Under the pieces are notes generated by a model. It saw only the letters and a list, made by a program, of their open reading frames with translations. It made no database searches and had not been told where the DNA came from. A DNA stretch of 64,000 nucleotides, from positions 248,001-312,000 of the forward strand of contig NW_026856730.1 of the NCBI RefSeq assembly GCF_026571515.1, in the 5' to 3' direction. A program made the position numbers and the translations under genes. Source of the stretch: Ruditapes philippinarum. Lineage: Eukaryota. Of the stretch, positions 39,806-52,830 are shown one piece after another. Positions within the stretch are counted from its first letter, which is position 1, and each line of letters begins with the position of its first letter.

Positions 39806-39814
39806 CAGATCTCT

Positions 39815-40675
39815 TTTTTAGCTCGACTATTCGATAAGAGTTTTTGTAATAGTTCAAATATTTTCAAAGTCCATTGACATATGGCTTTGAAACTTTGCAC
39901 ACTTGTTCACCATCATGACCCCAACCTGTAGACAAGAGGAGGTAACTCTATCAAGCATTTTGACAGAATTATGCCCCTTTTTCGACTTAGAATTTACGTT
40001 AAAGTTTTTGTAATAGTTCAAATATTTTCAAAGTCCATTGACATATGGCTTTGAAACTTTGCACACTTGTTCACCATCATGACCCCAACCTGTAGACAGG
40101 AGGAGGTAACTCTATCAAGCATTTTGACAGAATTATGCCCCTTTTTCGACTTAGAATTTACGTTAAAGTTTTTGTAATAGTTCAAATATTTTCAAAGTCC
40201 ATTGACATATGGCTTTGAAACTTTGCACACTTGTTCACCATCATGACCCCAACCTGTAGACAGGAGGAGGTAACTCTATCAAGCATTTTGACAGAATTAT
40301 GCCCCTTTTTCGACTTAGAATTTACGTTAAAGTTTTTGTAATAGTTCAAATATTTTCAAAGTCCATTGACATATGGCTTTGAAACTTTGCACACTTGTTC
40401 ACCATCATGACCCCAACCTGTAGACAGGAGGAGGTTACTCTATTAAGCATTTTGACAGAATTATGCCCCTTTTTCGACTTAGAATTTACGTTAAAGTTTT
40501 TGTAATAGTTCAAATATTTTCAAAGTCCATTGATATATGGCTTTGAAACTTTGCACACTTGTTCACCATCATGACCCCAACCTGTAGACAGGAGAAGGTA
40601 ACTCTATCAGGCATTTTTTTTACTATCAAGCACGAAGAATAGTCGAGCGTTGCTGTCCTACCGACAGCTCTTGTT
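39815..40675 (+). mobile_element. HINE-like family B copy 1 with ~4.8 homogeneous 164-bp tandem units
   Basis: 5' GCTCGACTATTC / 3' GAATAGTCGAGC subTIRs, hairpin GCTGTC-CTACC-GACAGC, end TCTTGTT; units start at 39840, 40004, 40168, 40332, 40496. Confidence 0.92.
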
Positions 40676-42621
40676 GTAATTTACTTTGAATTGTATTTGT
40701 TTTTTACTTTCTTTGTTCACTCCACTGTATTTTACTAATTATAGATACATTTTCAAAATTTTTATAAAAAAATTAGCATGAATCTGGAGGTATGCTGCTT
40801 TAACATGTAGCTGTAAGTAAATAAGATTTAATAGCTGTTATATTGATGTTTTGTTAAACTTGAACCACTCTAAATATTGTAAATGGTCTTGTCCATTATT
40901 CAATCTGGACCGCACCATTCATTTTATGTAGGGAAAATTGACCTAATCAGTATACCAATGTTTGAGGGTAGTCTGACTTTAGCTCTGTTACTAAATTTAA
41001 ATCTAGAATTATAAAGAAACAGTAAAGACCACCATAGATTTTGAATTCCACAAAATATTTGGCTCCCTTACAATAATCATGGAACCCCACTTATTAATCA
41101 GCTGTTAGTAAAAACCAATATTTTCATGTTTTGAACAAAAACAATATATTACGTAAATGTTATTAAATACGAAAATAGAAATTTTCCCAGCAGGTATAAT
41201 AATGGCAAAACTTTAATGAAACTATAAAATTTAAAAGGACTTGAAAGAAACTTTATAAACAAATCAACGCACACGTCCTAATATAAGTGGGATATATAAA
41301 TAATATCAAAATTGATAACATTTTGACAATTACGTGAAGTTAATTTATTTCAAGTTGTTTGAAATTAATTTATTACACACATTATAACAAATGTTTAAAC
41401 ATAATTAGATGAAGTTTTACTATCTACGAAAGTTTATGATGACCTTGCGTAAATTGGAGCAGTCTTCATGGTCACTGGTTTGTAAAATGTAAGCTGTCAG
41501 TTTTAACTAGCGGTAGGTTACTAGGTCATAATAATAAGTTTCATGATATTAAAATATTTTTTCTGAAAAATCATGCCTTGATAAAGATATTTCCCTGTTC
41601 AAGTTTTATTTTCTTAGAGCTCAGTTTTGTGCAGTTTAAATTCACATGAAACTCAGTGTGGCTGAAACTGATAAACATGTATCTTCATATTTATAAGTAT
41701 TAAAGGATATGTTTTTGTGACCTTGACCTTGAGAAGTCAATGGGAGTAGAATATTTGTTTTAATTTTGACAATTAATGATTTCACTAAATTTAGTTATGA
41801 CTGACCTTACATGTTAATTAATTCCAAAACCTTGTATCACTCCTGTAAATACAAAAAGATAACACTTAAATATTTGACCTAGTTTTAATGACAGGAAGTT
41901 CACCTTCATCTCATGAAGAATTATCAATTTTCAACATTTCAACATCAATGAAGATCTTTTTTTAACCTACTACTTTATTTGGTCACTCAAGTTTTGTAAT
42001 TTCATAATTGATAAATCCTTAAAACTTATATACTTATATATATATAGAGCCAGGCCAGCCTGAGAGCTCAGGCCAACCTGAATATAATTATGAAAGCTTA
42101 ACTTATATATTTTCATATTGAAATCCCTTAAATCTTGTGTTGGTTAAAAACTTTTCTAGCATATTCAGGGTTACCAGTTTAATAGCCGGGCCCCTTGTCA
42201 AATAAATACATGTTTAGCTGGATCATATTCATAGAAAGTTCTATGAAATGTTTTGATTATATAATTAAAAGAAATGGCTAAAAGATTATAATGAAAGTGT
42301 AATGTATTGAATATGCTAATTAAATGACTGAAAATGCAACAAATTTCTACAAAGGAAAAAAAATTAACTACACAGAAACTGTAAGCTATTTTTTTTAGTG
42401 TTAAATCATGATGAATGATATACAATGTCATGTACTTGTGCATCTAGTTAATTACATTGTTAAAAAAAAAGAGTGAGAAAAGTTGTTAAATTACTTATTT
42501 AATGTTATCTAATTTGAAAAGTTGCTCTGTAATTGTGAATATATTTAATGGTTTGAAAGATTAAAACGCACACTGGAAAAAGATTGAAAATGTGACTCTC
42601 ATTGGAATATATATATTAAAA

Positions 42622-42700
42622 TTGTCACCTAAATGCAGTAAGGTATTAAATCCTTATGTAATTTTTTAGTTGTTAACCTGTTACTGCACTAAGGTGATAA
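42622..42700. repeat. Dispersed ~78-bp hairpin, copy 2 of 3
   Basis: TTGTCACCTAAATGCAGTAAGG ... AACCTGTTACTGCACTAAGGTGATAA. Confidence 0.8.
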
Positions 42701-42837
42701 AATGTTTTGTTTAAAAAGTGAATCACTTACCAGTAATTTTAGGACTTGTGAATCAAAAGATTGCAGGATTGTGAAATAACATGGAAATATATATTTAAAT
42801 TTTTTGTGTATGCTACAAACTGTAAATATTTAAACTC

Positions 42838-43000
42838 TTAACCTGCTGAATTTATTGAATGGACTTGTCCAGTTTCCAGTTTTGGAACTGTCCATTATTA
42901 ATTATGGGCATATCAAGATGGAAATTTAGATTTTAAATCAAGTCAACAGTTAAAAGAGCCTCTGAGTGTCAGACTGTACTGATATGCAGGCCGCAGTGGA
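42838..43000 (+). mobile_element. Old MITE-like repeat, GATGGACAAGTCCATTT family
   Basis: AATGGACTTGTCCAGTTTCCAGTTTTGGA...TCAGACTGTACTGATATGCAGGC. Confidence 0.55.
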
Positions 43001-43954
43001 TTGTGAAAGCTGCATGGGAGGAATTTAAGCTACAGCTAACCTGCAGATGAGCCAAAATATTTCAAAAAAAAATTTAACTTGAGAAATATGTCTATAATAT
43101 GTATAAGATTTTAAGAAAAGTAAATTTAAGATAGTAAGATTCAAGTAATGATTTACATGTTATGTGCAATATTATATAAGATATAATTATATGCCACCAA
43201 TTAAAATTCATGCAGACAAGCTGTCTTAATTTAGGCTTCACAATTTCAATATTTTGAGGATAACACTAAATCTATGAAAACATTAAATGTACAAAAATGC
43301 TAAATCACTGAAAATGCTAAGTTTCTGAAAACAACACTTTTAATCCATAAATATACATTCAAAACTAATTGGTAGTTGTATGAATTATAGGCATAGTAAG
43401 GAACTTACCTAGTTTTGTGCAAATTTATGCATTTAAATGAGGTGTTATGCAGTGAATATAGTTCTTTAAAATCAGGTTATGATACAGTATAATTTCTAGT
43501 GAATGTTGGCATCTTTGAGATAATTAGAAAATATAATCAGAACTTCTTGATTGATATTGACATTCATATCTGGGTCATTATAGTCAATCTATATAATGTT
43601 AGCAATCAGTTTATGCAAAAATAATTTCCCCTATGTTCCCTTGATGTTTACAGATAGTGAGGTTATGAATGATAAAAGAAAAAGTTATAGTATATAATCA
43701 TTTAATGGGAAATTGATTTGGACATACAATAATGTAGATTTGTTTCAGGAATGTTTAATGCCAACAGGTTATTGACAAAACAAACTCATCCAAAGGTCAT
43801 GAAAGTCAATGAAAGTATAAGAATCTTATTTTCCCTAAATATTAATTGTTTTATTTGGTGTTGTATAAAATAAATACATTACAACAACATGCATTTAATC
43901 ACAGTTAAGCATTAAAAATAATAATTATATGTGTAACTATTAAGTTTTCAAGAA

Positions 43955-44553
43955 TTAACCTTATGTGAGTTTTTGGGTGTATCAAGTTTTAAAGAAGAAC
44001 CGCATGCGAGTTTTGGGGTGTATAAAGTTTTAAATAAGAACCATATGCAGGTTTTTGGGTGTATTAAGTTTTAAAGAAGAACCGTATGTGGGTTTTTGGG
44101 TGTATTGAGTTTTAAAGAAGAACTGTTTGTGGGTTTTGGGGTGTATTAAGTTTTAAAGAAGAACCGTTTGTGGGTTTTGGGGTGTATTAAGTTTTAAAGA
44201 AGAACTGTATGCTCAGGTTTTTGGGTGTATTAGGTTTTAAAGAAGAACCATATGCGGGTTTTGGGTTGTATAAAGTTTTAAAGAAGAACCGTATGTGGGT
44301 TTTTGGGTGTATTGATATTTAAAAAAGAACCGTTTGTGGGTTTTGGGGTGGATTAAGTTTTAAAGAAGAACTGTTTGGAAGTTTTAGGGTGTATTTAGTT
44401 TTAAAGAAGAATCATATGCAAATTTTGGGGGGTATTAAGTTTAAAGGAAGAACCCTATGCAAGATTTGGGGGTGTATTAATTTTTTAAGAAAACCGTATG
44501 CGAGTTTTTGGGTGTATTAAGTTTTAAAGAAGAACTGTATGCGAATTTTGGGG
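43955..44553. repeat. Minisatellite, 41-bp unit (GGGTTTTTGGGTGTATTAAGTTTTAAAGAAGAACCGTATGT), ~14 copies
   Basis: Period 41 (44051, 44092). Confidence 0.95.
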
Positions 44554-44929
44554 CTCTGAACTGCCTGTCATCCGTCAATGACATATGTCAAAAGCCTTAA
44601 AGGGCAATGAAGCATTAATAATAAGGAAAATTGCAACAATTATATACCAGTGTGAATATTTGCCTGTTATACCTGGTGTATGCAGGAATATAATTGTATG
44701 TACAGCAGTAAAATATTCTGAATGTTTTCTAAATGCTAAAGGTAAGAGGCAAAAATTGAGATTATATTTTCTTGGAAAATTATCTATTAATGCTTTCATT
44801 GTAGCCTCTTGAATGTATTTTATTTCTTTCCGGGCCAGTAATGTTTGTTTGAAAAAAAAAATTTCACACAGTATAAATGTAAATCACACAAAATTAAACT
44901 GGATATGAACTACTACAAAACACAAGAGA

Positions 44930-45590
44930 GTTTAAAGCTTAGTATAAAAGTCAGTATAAGGTATATTTTTTGTTTAGTATAAAACTTAATAAATGGCTCA
45001 GTATTAACCCTAGTATAAAACTCAGCATGAGGTACAGTATCAGGTTTAGTAAAAAAATCAGTACAAGGCACAGTATTAAGTTCAGTATGGTACATATTTA
45101 GCTTAGTATAAACACATAATGCACAGTTTCAGGTTAAGTAAAAAAACTCATTACAAGGCACAGTATAAAACTCAGTATAAACTCAGCATAAGGTACAGTA
45201 TAATGTTTAGTATAATACTCAGCATAAAAGTTTAAGTCTTAGTATAAAACTCAGCATAAGGCAAATTATAAAGTTTATTATAAAACTCAGCATATGGCAA
45301 ATTATAAAGGTAAAAATAAAATTCAACATAAAGCAAAGTATGACGTTTAGTATAAACTTTAACATAATGCTAAGTATAAAGCTTAGTATAAAACTCAGCA
45401 TAAGGTAAATTATAAGGCACAGTATAAAATTCAGTAGAAAAAAATCAACATATTGCAAAGTATAAAGTAGAGTATAAATTTCAATATAGTGTAAAGTATG
45501 AAGTTCAGTATAAATTTCAATATAAATTTCAACATGATTTGTTTAAAACTCAGCATAAGGCTTAGTATAACGCTTAATATAAAGCTCAAA
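44930..45590. repeat. Degenerate tandem repeat built from ~11-bp modules (AGTATAAAACT / CAGCATAAGGC)
   Basis: Recurrent tagtataaaactcagcataagg. Confidence 0.85.
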
Positions 45591-47064
45591 ATGATCAGAC
45601 GGATGGAGTGGAGTGAAAATAATGACTTTCTTCATGCAATAAAAGGCAAACATACCTTTCAAGTTCTCCTATTTGTTCTAGTGTCTACAGATAATATAAA
45701 CACCATTTTCTGTTGGTTTAACACCAAAAAACAAATAACTGTTGCTCAGAATTAATGGAACAATTCCCTGGATATTTGATAGACTTCTAGTTTTATTGTT
45801 TTGTAGAAAATAACAGGTTGTAAGGAAAAATAAGAATGTAGAAAGTATCTGGAACAAATTAAAAAAAATGTGTGAAAAAATTTGAAGAATTCAAATTAAG
45901 TTAACAGGATTGATTTTTAATGGGATTTCAAAAGGATATATATACATGTATATAATTAAAACAAGAGGTGCTCATTATGTTAAATGAAATGAAAGTCACT
46001 GGAATTAAGCACAACAGGACAAAAACAAGATTACCTCATCCAAAATGGTTAATGCAACAGGGTTTTAAAATTGAAAATTAAATTCTGTGGGGAAAAAATT
46101 ATGTCATTGCAATAGGATATTTTTACATTGAACATAAATTATGCAACAGGATAGGCAAAGGATTAAGGGCTGCAAAATGGTATGAGTTCACAGATATTCT
46201 ACAGAGGATGGAGGATTTATTTAACACTAAATGTAGTTTTGCTGGAAATAAAGTGATTAATCTTTGTGACCTGAAGGCTCCAGAAGACTGAACATCAGTT
46301 CAATTTAAGAAAGTTCTGTATACTGCTGATAGTTAATTTTTTGCATTTCGACATTAAAATCCCTTAAACTCAATAGAATGGACTGTTCCAAATTCAAAGC
46401 ATGACAAATCTATTATTTTAAAATTCAGCGGGCTTAATAGTTTAAATGTGTAAATATTTTTAATTGATACTCTAAAAGTTGTTTTACAATCAATCTCTAA
46501 TAAATTACAATGATTAAACTGATAAAAAAAGTTTGAATAAAAATGTTTTTTTTTCACATTCGACTGTTGAAATGTGTTGCCAATTTTCCAAATGATGTTA
46601 TAACTCGAATTACAGGAGGAATACTTTTGATAAATTGTCATTTATTTGGACACTGGGGATGTTTTTTTTCTGACTCTCCTTTGAATTATAACTGGATTTT
46701 CATGTACTTGAAATTCTAGCCTGTTTTAAATTAAGTTAAGCAATTGAGATTTGAAATTTTAGATTCTAAAATCAATACTGAACTGTCACAGTTTTCAAAA
46801 CTGTCTGCTTCAAGGGTGATGTGAATTTAACGGATTTAAATGGGTATAAGTTCTTATACATTATAGGATTTTGAGATGATATTTGAGGGAGAAATCTCAA
46901 GACATTTAATTGGCTATAGCAAGCAATCCAATTAGCTTTATAGAAGGATGAGGTGAGGCTTCTACTTAGATGTCTATTGTGTCATGAAAAACATATGGAG
47001 AGAGTACCATATGCCTTACCCTATGAAATGTGGCAAAATTCTATGTAGATGCCCAGACTCATCA

Positions 47065-47470
47065 AACACACAGACTTTCAAAGACTGAATGGATGCACAG
47101 ACTGGCAAAAACTGAACAGATGTGAAGACTTGCAGACTGAATGGACACACAGACTGACAAAGACTGAAGTGGATGCACAGACTGACAAAGACTGAAGTGG
47201 ATGCACAGACTGACAAGACTGAATGGATGCACAGACTGACAAAGACTGAAGTGGATGCACAGACTGACAAAGACTGAGTGGATGCACAGACTGACAAAGA
47301 CTGAATGGACACACAGACTGACAAAGACTGAAGTGGATGCACAGACTGACAAAGACTGAGTGGATGCGCAGACTGACAAAGACTGAGTGGATGCACAGAC
47401 TGACAAAGACTGAGTTAGGATGCACAGACTGACAAAGACTTATAACATATGAAGGATGCATAGACTGTAA
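47065..47470. repeat. Minisatellite, 27-28 bp unit (AGACTGACAAAGACTGAAGTGGATGCAC)
   Basis: Direct inspection; explains three overlapping minus-strand ORFs. Confidence 0.95.
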
Positions 47471-48791
47471 CAAAAAGAAGTGAGAAGCTGACAACCATGT
47501 TGGTTGCATCAGCATTTGTCACTGTCCTAATTTCAAAGTACAAAACTGTTGTCAAGGTTAACTTATACTGAGTATGTATTATAACCAAAGAAGAAAATTA
47601 AAGTAATTTCCATAATTGAACAATGAAAAATAAAAAAATAATTGCTTTCTTTCTGATTTAAGAATTATTCATATAATAGCAGATTATTTTGAAATTTAAC
47701 AGTCACTAGATGTATAGAAAATTTTCCTACATCACCTTTGAAGGCAATGACTGTCACTGTGATTTATGTCCAAACTCAAAAGTTCATCATTGATTTTGTT
47801 TGATCATATGATTATTATAAAATTAATTTACTTAAAATATTGAAAATCTCATTTAAGCTATGAAAGTATAATTGCAAATAGATACACTAAATAATATTTA
47901 AACTTGTCACCTATGTATATTTGACCATAGATTAATTCTTAAAATCTGTCAAATTAGATTAAACTGAATGGGCTGTTGCAAATTCAAAGTTGGTGCTTCA
48001 CTGTTACTAAGATATATTTTGTAGGTTCAGCCGGCTGAGTTCCTCTGAGTCTGACAGGTGTACTTCATGGTTTAATATTATTAATGGTTTAAACTCACAC
48101 AGACAGGGGCAGTAGGGTTAACTATATTTGATCTTTTATGAACATACTACAGTAACCTTCTCATAATTTTAAGCAACTTGGGGATTTGAAATTTGATTAT
48201 GCTCAAATTCTAGATGTGAGATAACAGTTGTTTCTTGGTGGTGTTACTTTAAGGAAGTTAATCGAAGAAAATTTCAGGCAATTTCTTGAAAGTTTTGCAA
48301 ATTCAGCGCAAAATATTATGAAAGGCAAAGTTGTGGATTTAATATTTTTGCTTTTAATCCCTAACTTCAGACTAACAATTCTTTAACAAACGTAATTTAT
48401 AAATACAATTTAAACGTATCATGTGATGTAAATACATAATTCTCATAAATAATGTAATGTATGGATTTTAAGGGTTGTTTTTGTTTTTTCAGCGTATTAT
48501 TTTTTTTTATTTTTTTTTTTTATTTGAGAAGAATTTTCTTGTTATTTTCACTATAATCTAACCTACAAATTCCAAGATTCCAAGTAACTGTACTTACAAA
48601 GTGAAGAAGATAAATCATGTTCGTCAAAAATGCTGAACAAAAATTGTGTTATGTGGATACAGATGTTTATAAACAGAAAGTAGATCATAAATTATCTGTT
48701 GTTGTATTATAATTATATGGAAATTAAAAAAAAATGTTTGGAAAATATAGAAAAATAATGGGTTTTTTAAATATGGTGATGAACTCTACAG

Positions 48792-49001
48792 GTAACAGTT
48801 GTGGATAAAATAAAAGTGCAGACAAATATTGATAGTATTGACAATACTGACTCTTTGCAAAGCTTTAAATGTGAAAAATTCAAGGATTGGTACCCGGTAA
48901 GGAGTATATTTGACTGTGAATTAAAGATGATGCTTCAAAGAGATATCGGGACCCAGTGTGATGAATTTGACTTGGATTCTATACCAATTATAATACTAGA
49001 A
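48792..49001 (+). CDS. Candidate coding exon of an unidentified gene (...KMMLQRDIGTQCDEFDLDSIPIIILE); internal 210-bp phase 0/0 exon, or first exon from ATG 48927
   Basis: Open frame 48783-49001 in unique sequence ending at donor GAA|GTAAGT; possible but weak acceptor CTCTACAG at 48791. Confidence 0.35.
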
Positions 49002-49419
49002 GTAAGTATCAAGTTATTGAGTTTTTCTGTAAGGAGTTGTAAGGTATTGTGGTGTAGATAGATGACCATGCAGACTGTGCAATGTTGATCATCCATTCCA
49101 TAAGAAAATTGCTGTAGTTTCGTTTGGCAATTTCTTCAGTTTTACAAAAAATACATTTAGGTTTGTCAATAGTTGCTTTCTTATTCTCTATCATGAACCT
49201 ATGAGCTCTTAATCTGCTTGAACCAGATGTGATTAAAGCCTTTGCCACCATTATAGAGCCAGGCCAGTCTACACATTCTTGCAGTCTGTAACAAGAAGCT
49301 CTATAATGTTGATACTTTAACTTTTTATGATTCAGAAGAATATGAAAAGGTGGTGAAATTATGAATGATATGTACTAGTCAGTTGTAACCATGCTTAACA
49401 TTCTCTCCTCATGCTCTTT

Positions 49420-50250
49420 TTCATATCTCCTTACATTTTCGTGCTCTTTTACATATGTCCCTACACTACTGTGTTCTTTTTCATCAGTCCCTACACTGCC
49501 ATGTCCTTTTTCATCTGTTGTTACATTGTCGTGCTCTTTTTCATATGTCCCTACAACATTGTCATACTCTTTTTCATCTGTCCCTACACTGCATTGTTCT
49601 TTTATATCTGTCCCTACACTGCTGTGTTCTTTTTCATCTGTCCCTTACACTGCATGTTCTTTTTACTGCCCTGTTCTGTTTTCATCTGTCATTACATTGT
49701 CGTGGTCTTTTTCATCTGTCCCTACACTGTCACGCTCACTTTCATCTGTCCCTACACTGTCACGCTCAATTTCATCTGTCCCTACACTGCTGTGTTCTTT
49801 TTCATCTGTCCTTACACTGCCATGTTCTTTTTCATCGGTCCCTACACTGCTGTGTTCTGTTTTCATCTGTCATTACATTGTCGTGGTTTTTTTCATCTGT
49901 CTCTACACTGTCATGCTCACTTTCATCTGTCCCTACACTGTCACGCTCACTTTCATCTGTCACTACACTGCTGTGTTTTTTTTCATCTGTCCTTACACTG
50001 CCATGTTCTTTTTCATAGGTCCCTACACTGCCGTGTTCTATTTCATCTGTCCCTACACTGCTGAGACTGTTCTTTTTCATCTGTTCTAACACTGCCATGT
50101 TCTTTTTCATCTGTCCCTACACTGCTCTGTTCTTTTTCATCTGTTCTAACACTGCCATGTTCTTTTTTCATCTGTCCCTACACTGCGGTGTTCTTTAACA
50201 TCTGTCCCTACACTTCCATGTTCTTTTTCATCTGTCCCTACACTGGCGAG
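49420..50250. repeat. Minisatellite, 30-bp unit (TTTTCATCTGTCCCTACACTGCTGTGTTCT)
   Basis: 10-aa periodic ORFs in all frames. Confidence 0.95.
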
Positions 50251-51233
50251 TGAATGTAATAATTTGTTTTGATGTATTTAAACTAATCCCAGTGCTGTTG
50301 CTTTAACATCTGACAGTCTGTAATATAATGCTTCAAATAAACCAAAATAATTTCTTAAAATAGGAGAGTGCAAGTAGGTAAAATTAATAATAATAATAAA
50401 GACTTCAAATGATTAATTTTTGTTGTGAATTTGTATTTGAATATTATCAACCATATCAATCAGTATTGACAAAGATCTATATCCGATTGAGTGCAATAGA
50501 AATAGTTCAAAATTTTAAAAAGTGCATTAATTAATGTAATGCACTCAACTGCACAGAGATCGAGCACACTGCCGCCAATGGTTTAAAAAAGGGGACAGCA
50601 AACTAATTTGTTCTATATTTTGGCTTTCAATTGATTTGATACCTTATTGCGAAATCTTCACACAGACACAAAAAGGCGTTCTTGTACTCTGAATAATAAA
50701 TAAAGGCTTAACAGAATTCATAATATTAGTTCTGTCAAGTTGAATTCATAACAGAACCTGTAAATAAATAAATCAAATAAACAAATATTACTTTAGATTC
50801 GAAATCCATTGTTCGATGGGGAAAAAGGGTACCGATTCAAGTCCCTTGTTTATTTCAAAGTTTCTATGCAACATCATGAACTGCCTATTAATAATACACA
50901 TGTTCTGAAAATGGACGAATAAAAGGCCGATTTCTTTGTAATGATGAATCTGATGATATTAAATGTCAATTTTTAATGTTGACTTAAACTTTATGATTTT
51001 CATTTTTGATTTATCCTTTATCTTTTTTAAGAAATGTTTAAAGTGAAATAAAAAAAAAAGAGGGCATACATTGGGGCGAAGATGAATGGAAGTTGAATGT
51101 TAAATGTTCAAATAAACATAAATTATATGCTATTTTGTCTCATCTGTAAGAATTATTATCATAGGCCAAGGTTTGAAAAATGTTTGGTATACACTCGGAG
51201 ATTGATTAACTCATGTTCACAATAAAAAAAATA

Positions 51234-51363
51234 TACAGTTGAACCTGTTTGATTCGAACTCGTTTGAAATAGAAGAAAAGTTCGGACACTTTGCCGCCAC
51301 TTTGTTTTGATAAGGAAGGATTCCAGATTGGAAGAGTTCAGATAAGCATGGCTCCCATGTATA
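51234..51363. mobile_element. Old short Tc1/pogo-like MITE predating the duplication (paralog ~53847-53964)
   Basis: TACAGTTGAACCTGTTTGATTCGAACTC ... GAGTTCAGATAAGCATGGCTCCCATGTA imperfect TIRs with TA flanks. Confidence 0.5.
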
Positions 51364-51441
51364 GTTATAAGTGGACAGAAATAAAACTATTGTCTACCAT
51401 ATGAACTGGTAATAAAAAGGTGCAAATTATATATTATTATT

Positions 51442-52365
51442 ATTAGCTCGACTATTCGATAAGAATAAGTAGAGCTATTGCAGTCACCCGAGCGTCGGCG
51501 TCGGCGTAACCACTTATGTTAAAGTTTTTGTAATAGTTCAAATATTTTCAAAGTCCATTGACATATGGCTTTGAAACTTTGCACACTTGTTCACCATCAT
51601 GAGCCCAACCTGTAGACAGGAGAAGGTAACTCTATCAAGCATTTGACAGAATTATGCCCTTTTTTCGACTTAGAATTTACGTTAAAGTTTTTGTAATAGT
51701 TCAAATATTTTCAAAGTCCATAGACATATGGCTTTGAAAAACTTTGCACACTTGTTCACCATCATGACCCCCAACTGTAGACAGAGAGAAGGTAACTCTA
51801 TCAAGCATTTTGACAGAATTATGCCCCTTTTTCGACTTAGAATTTACGTTAAAGTTTTTGTAATAGTTCAAATATTTTCAAAATCCATTAGACATATGGC
51901 TTTGAAACTTTGCACACTTGTTCACCATCATGACCCCAACCTGTAGACAGGAGGAGGTAACTCTATCAAGCATTTTGACAGAATTATGCCCCTTTTTTCG
52001 ACTTAGAATTTACGTTAAAGTTTTTGTAATAGTTCAAATATTTTCAAAGTCCATTGAACATATGGCTTTTGAAACTTTGCACACTTGTTCAACATCATGA
52101 CCCCAACCTGTAAACAGGAGGAGGTAACTCTATCAAGCATTTTGACAGAATTATGCCCCTTTTTCAACTTAGAATTTATGTTAAAGTTTTTGTAATAGTT
52201 CATATATTTTCAAAGTCCATTGACATATGGCTTTGAAACTTTGCACACTTGTTCAACATCATGACCCCAACCTGTAAACAGGAGGAGGTAACGCTATCAA
52301 GCATTTTTTTTACTATCAAGCACTAAGAATAGTCGAGCGTTGCTGTCCTACTGACAGCTCTTGTT
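51442..52365 (+). mobile_element. HINE-like family B copy 2 (full 5' end with CGGCGT microsatellite, ~4.8 units of ~164 bp)
   Basis: Same subTIRs and hairpin as 39815-40675; absent from the paralogous site near 54256. Confidence 0.92.
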
Positions 52366-52492
52366 ATGATTCTTCTGCATGACCAAAAGGCAGAAGAACC
52401 TGAAAAAGCGCAAATATTCATTCACTTTTGTGCTGCTCGATGGTTTTGGGTTGGTCACTGTGCTAGGATTCTTTAAACAGAGAAAGCTATTA

Positions 52493-52830
52493 TGTCCCTA
52501 CAACATTGTCATATTCTTTTTCATCTGTCCCTACACTGCATTGTTTTTTAACATCTGTCCCTACACTGCTGTGTTCTTTTTCATCTGTCCCTTACACTGC
52601 CATGTTCTTTTTACTGCCGTGTTCTGTTTTCATCTGTCATTACATTGTCGCGGTCTTTTTCATCTGTCCCTACACTGTCTTGCCCACTTTCATCTGTTCC
52701 TACACTGCTGTGTTCTTTTTCATCTGTCCTTATCTGCCGTGTTCTTTTTCATCGGTCCCTACACTGCCGTGTTCTTTTTCATCTGTCCTAACACTGCCAT
52801 GTTCTTTTTCATCTGTCCCTACACTGGCGA
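52493..52830. repeat. Contracted paralog of the 30-bp minisatellite
   Basis: Same unit and same first and last variants as 49546-50250 but about half the length. Confidence 0.92.

Noticed and set aside
49391-50110. Overlapping long ORFs in five frames
   Set aside because: 30-bp minisatellite artefacts; same for 47016-47515, 7368-7688, 26132-26446 and 52379-52853
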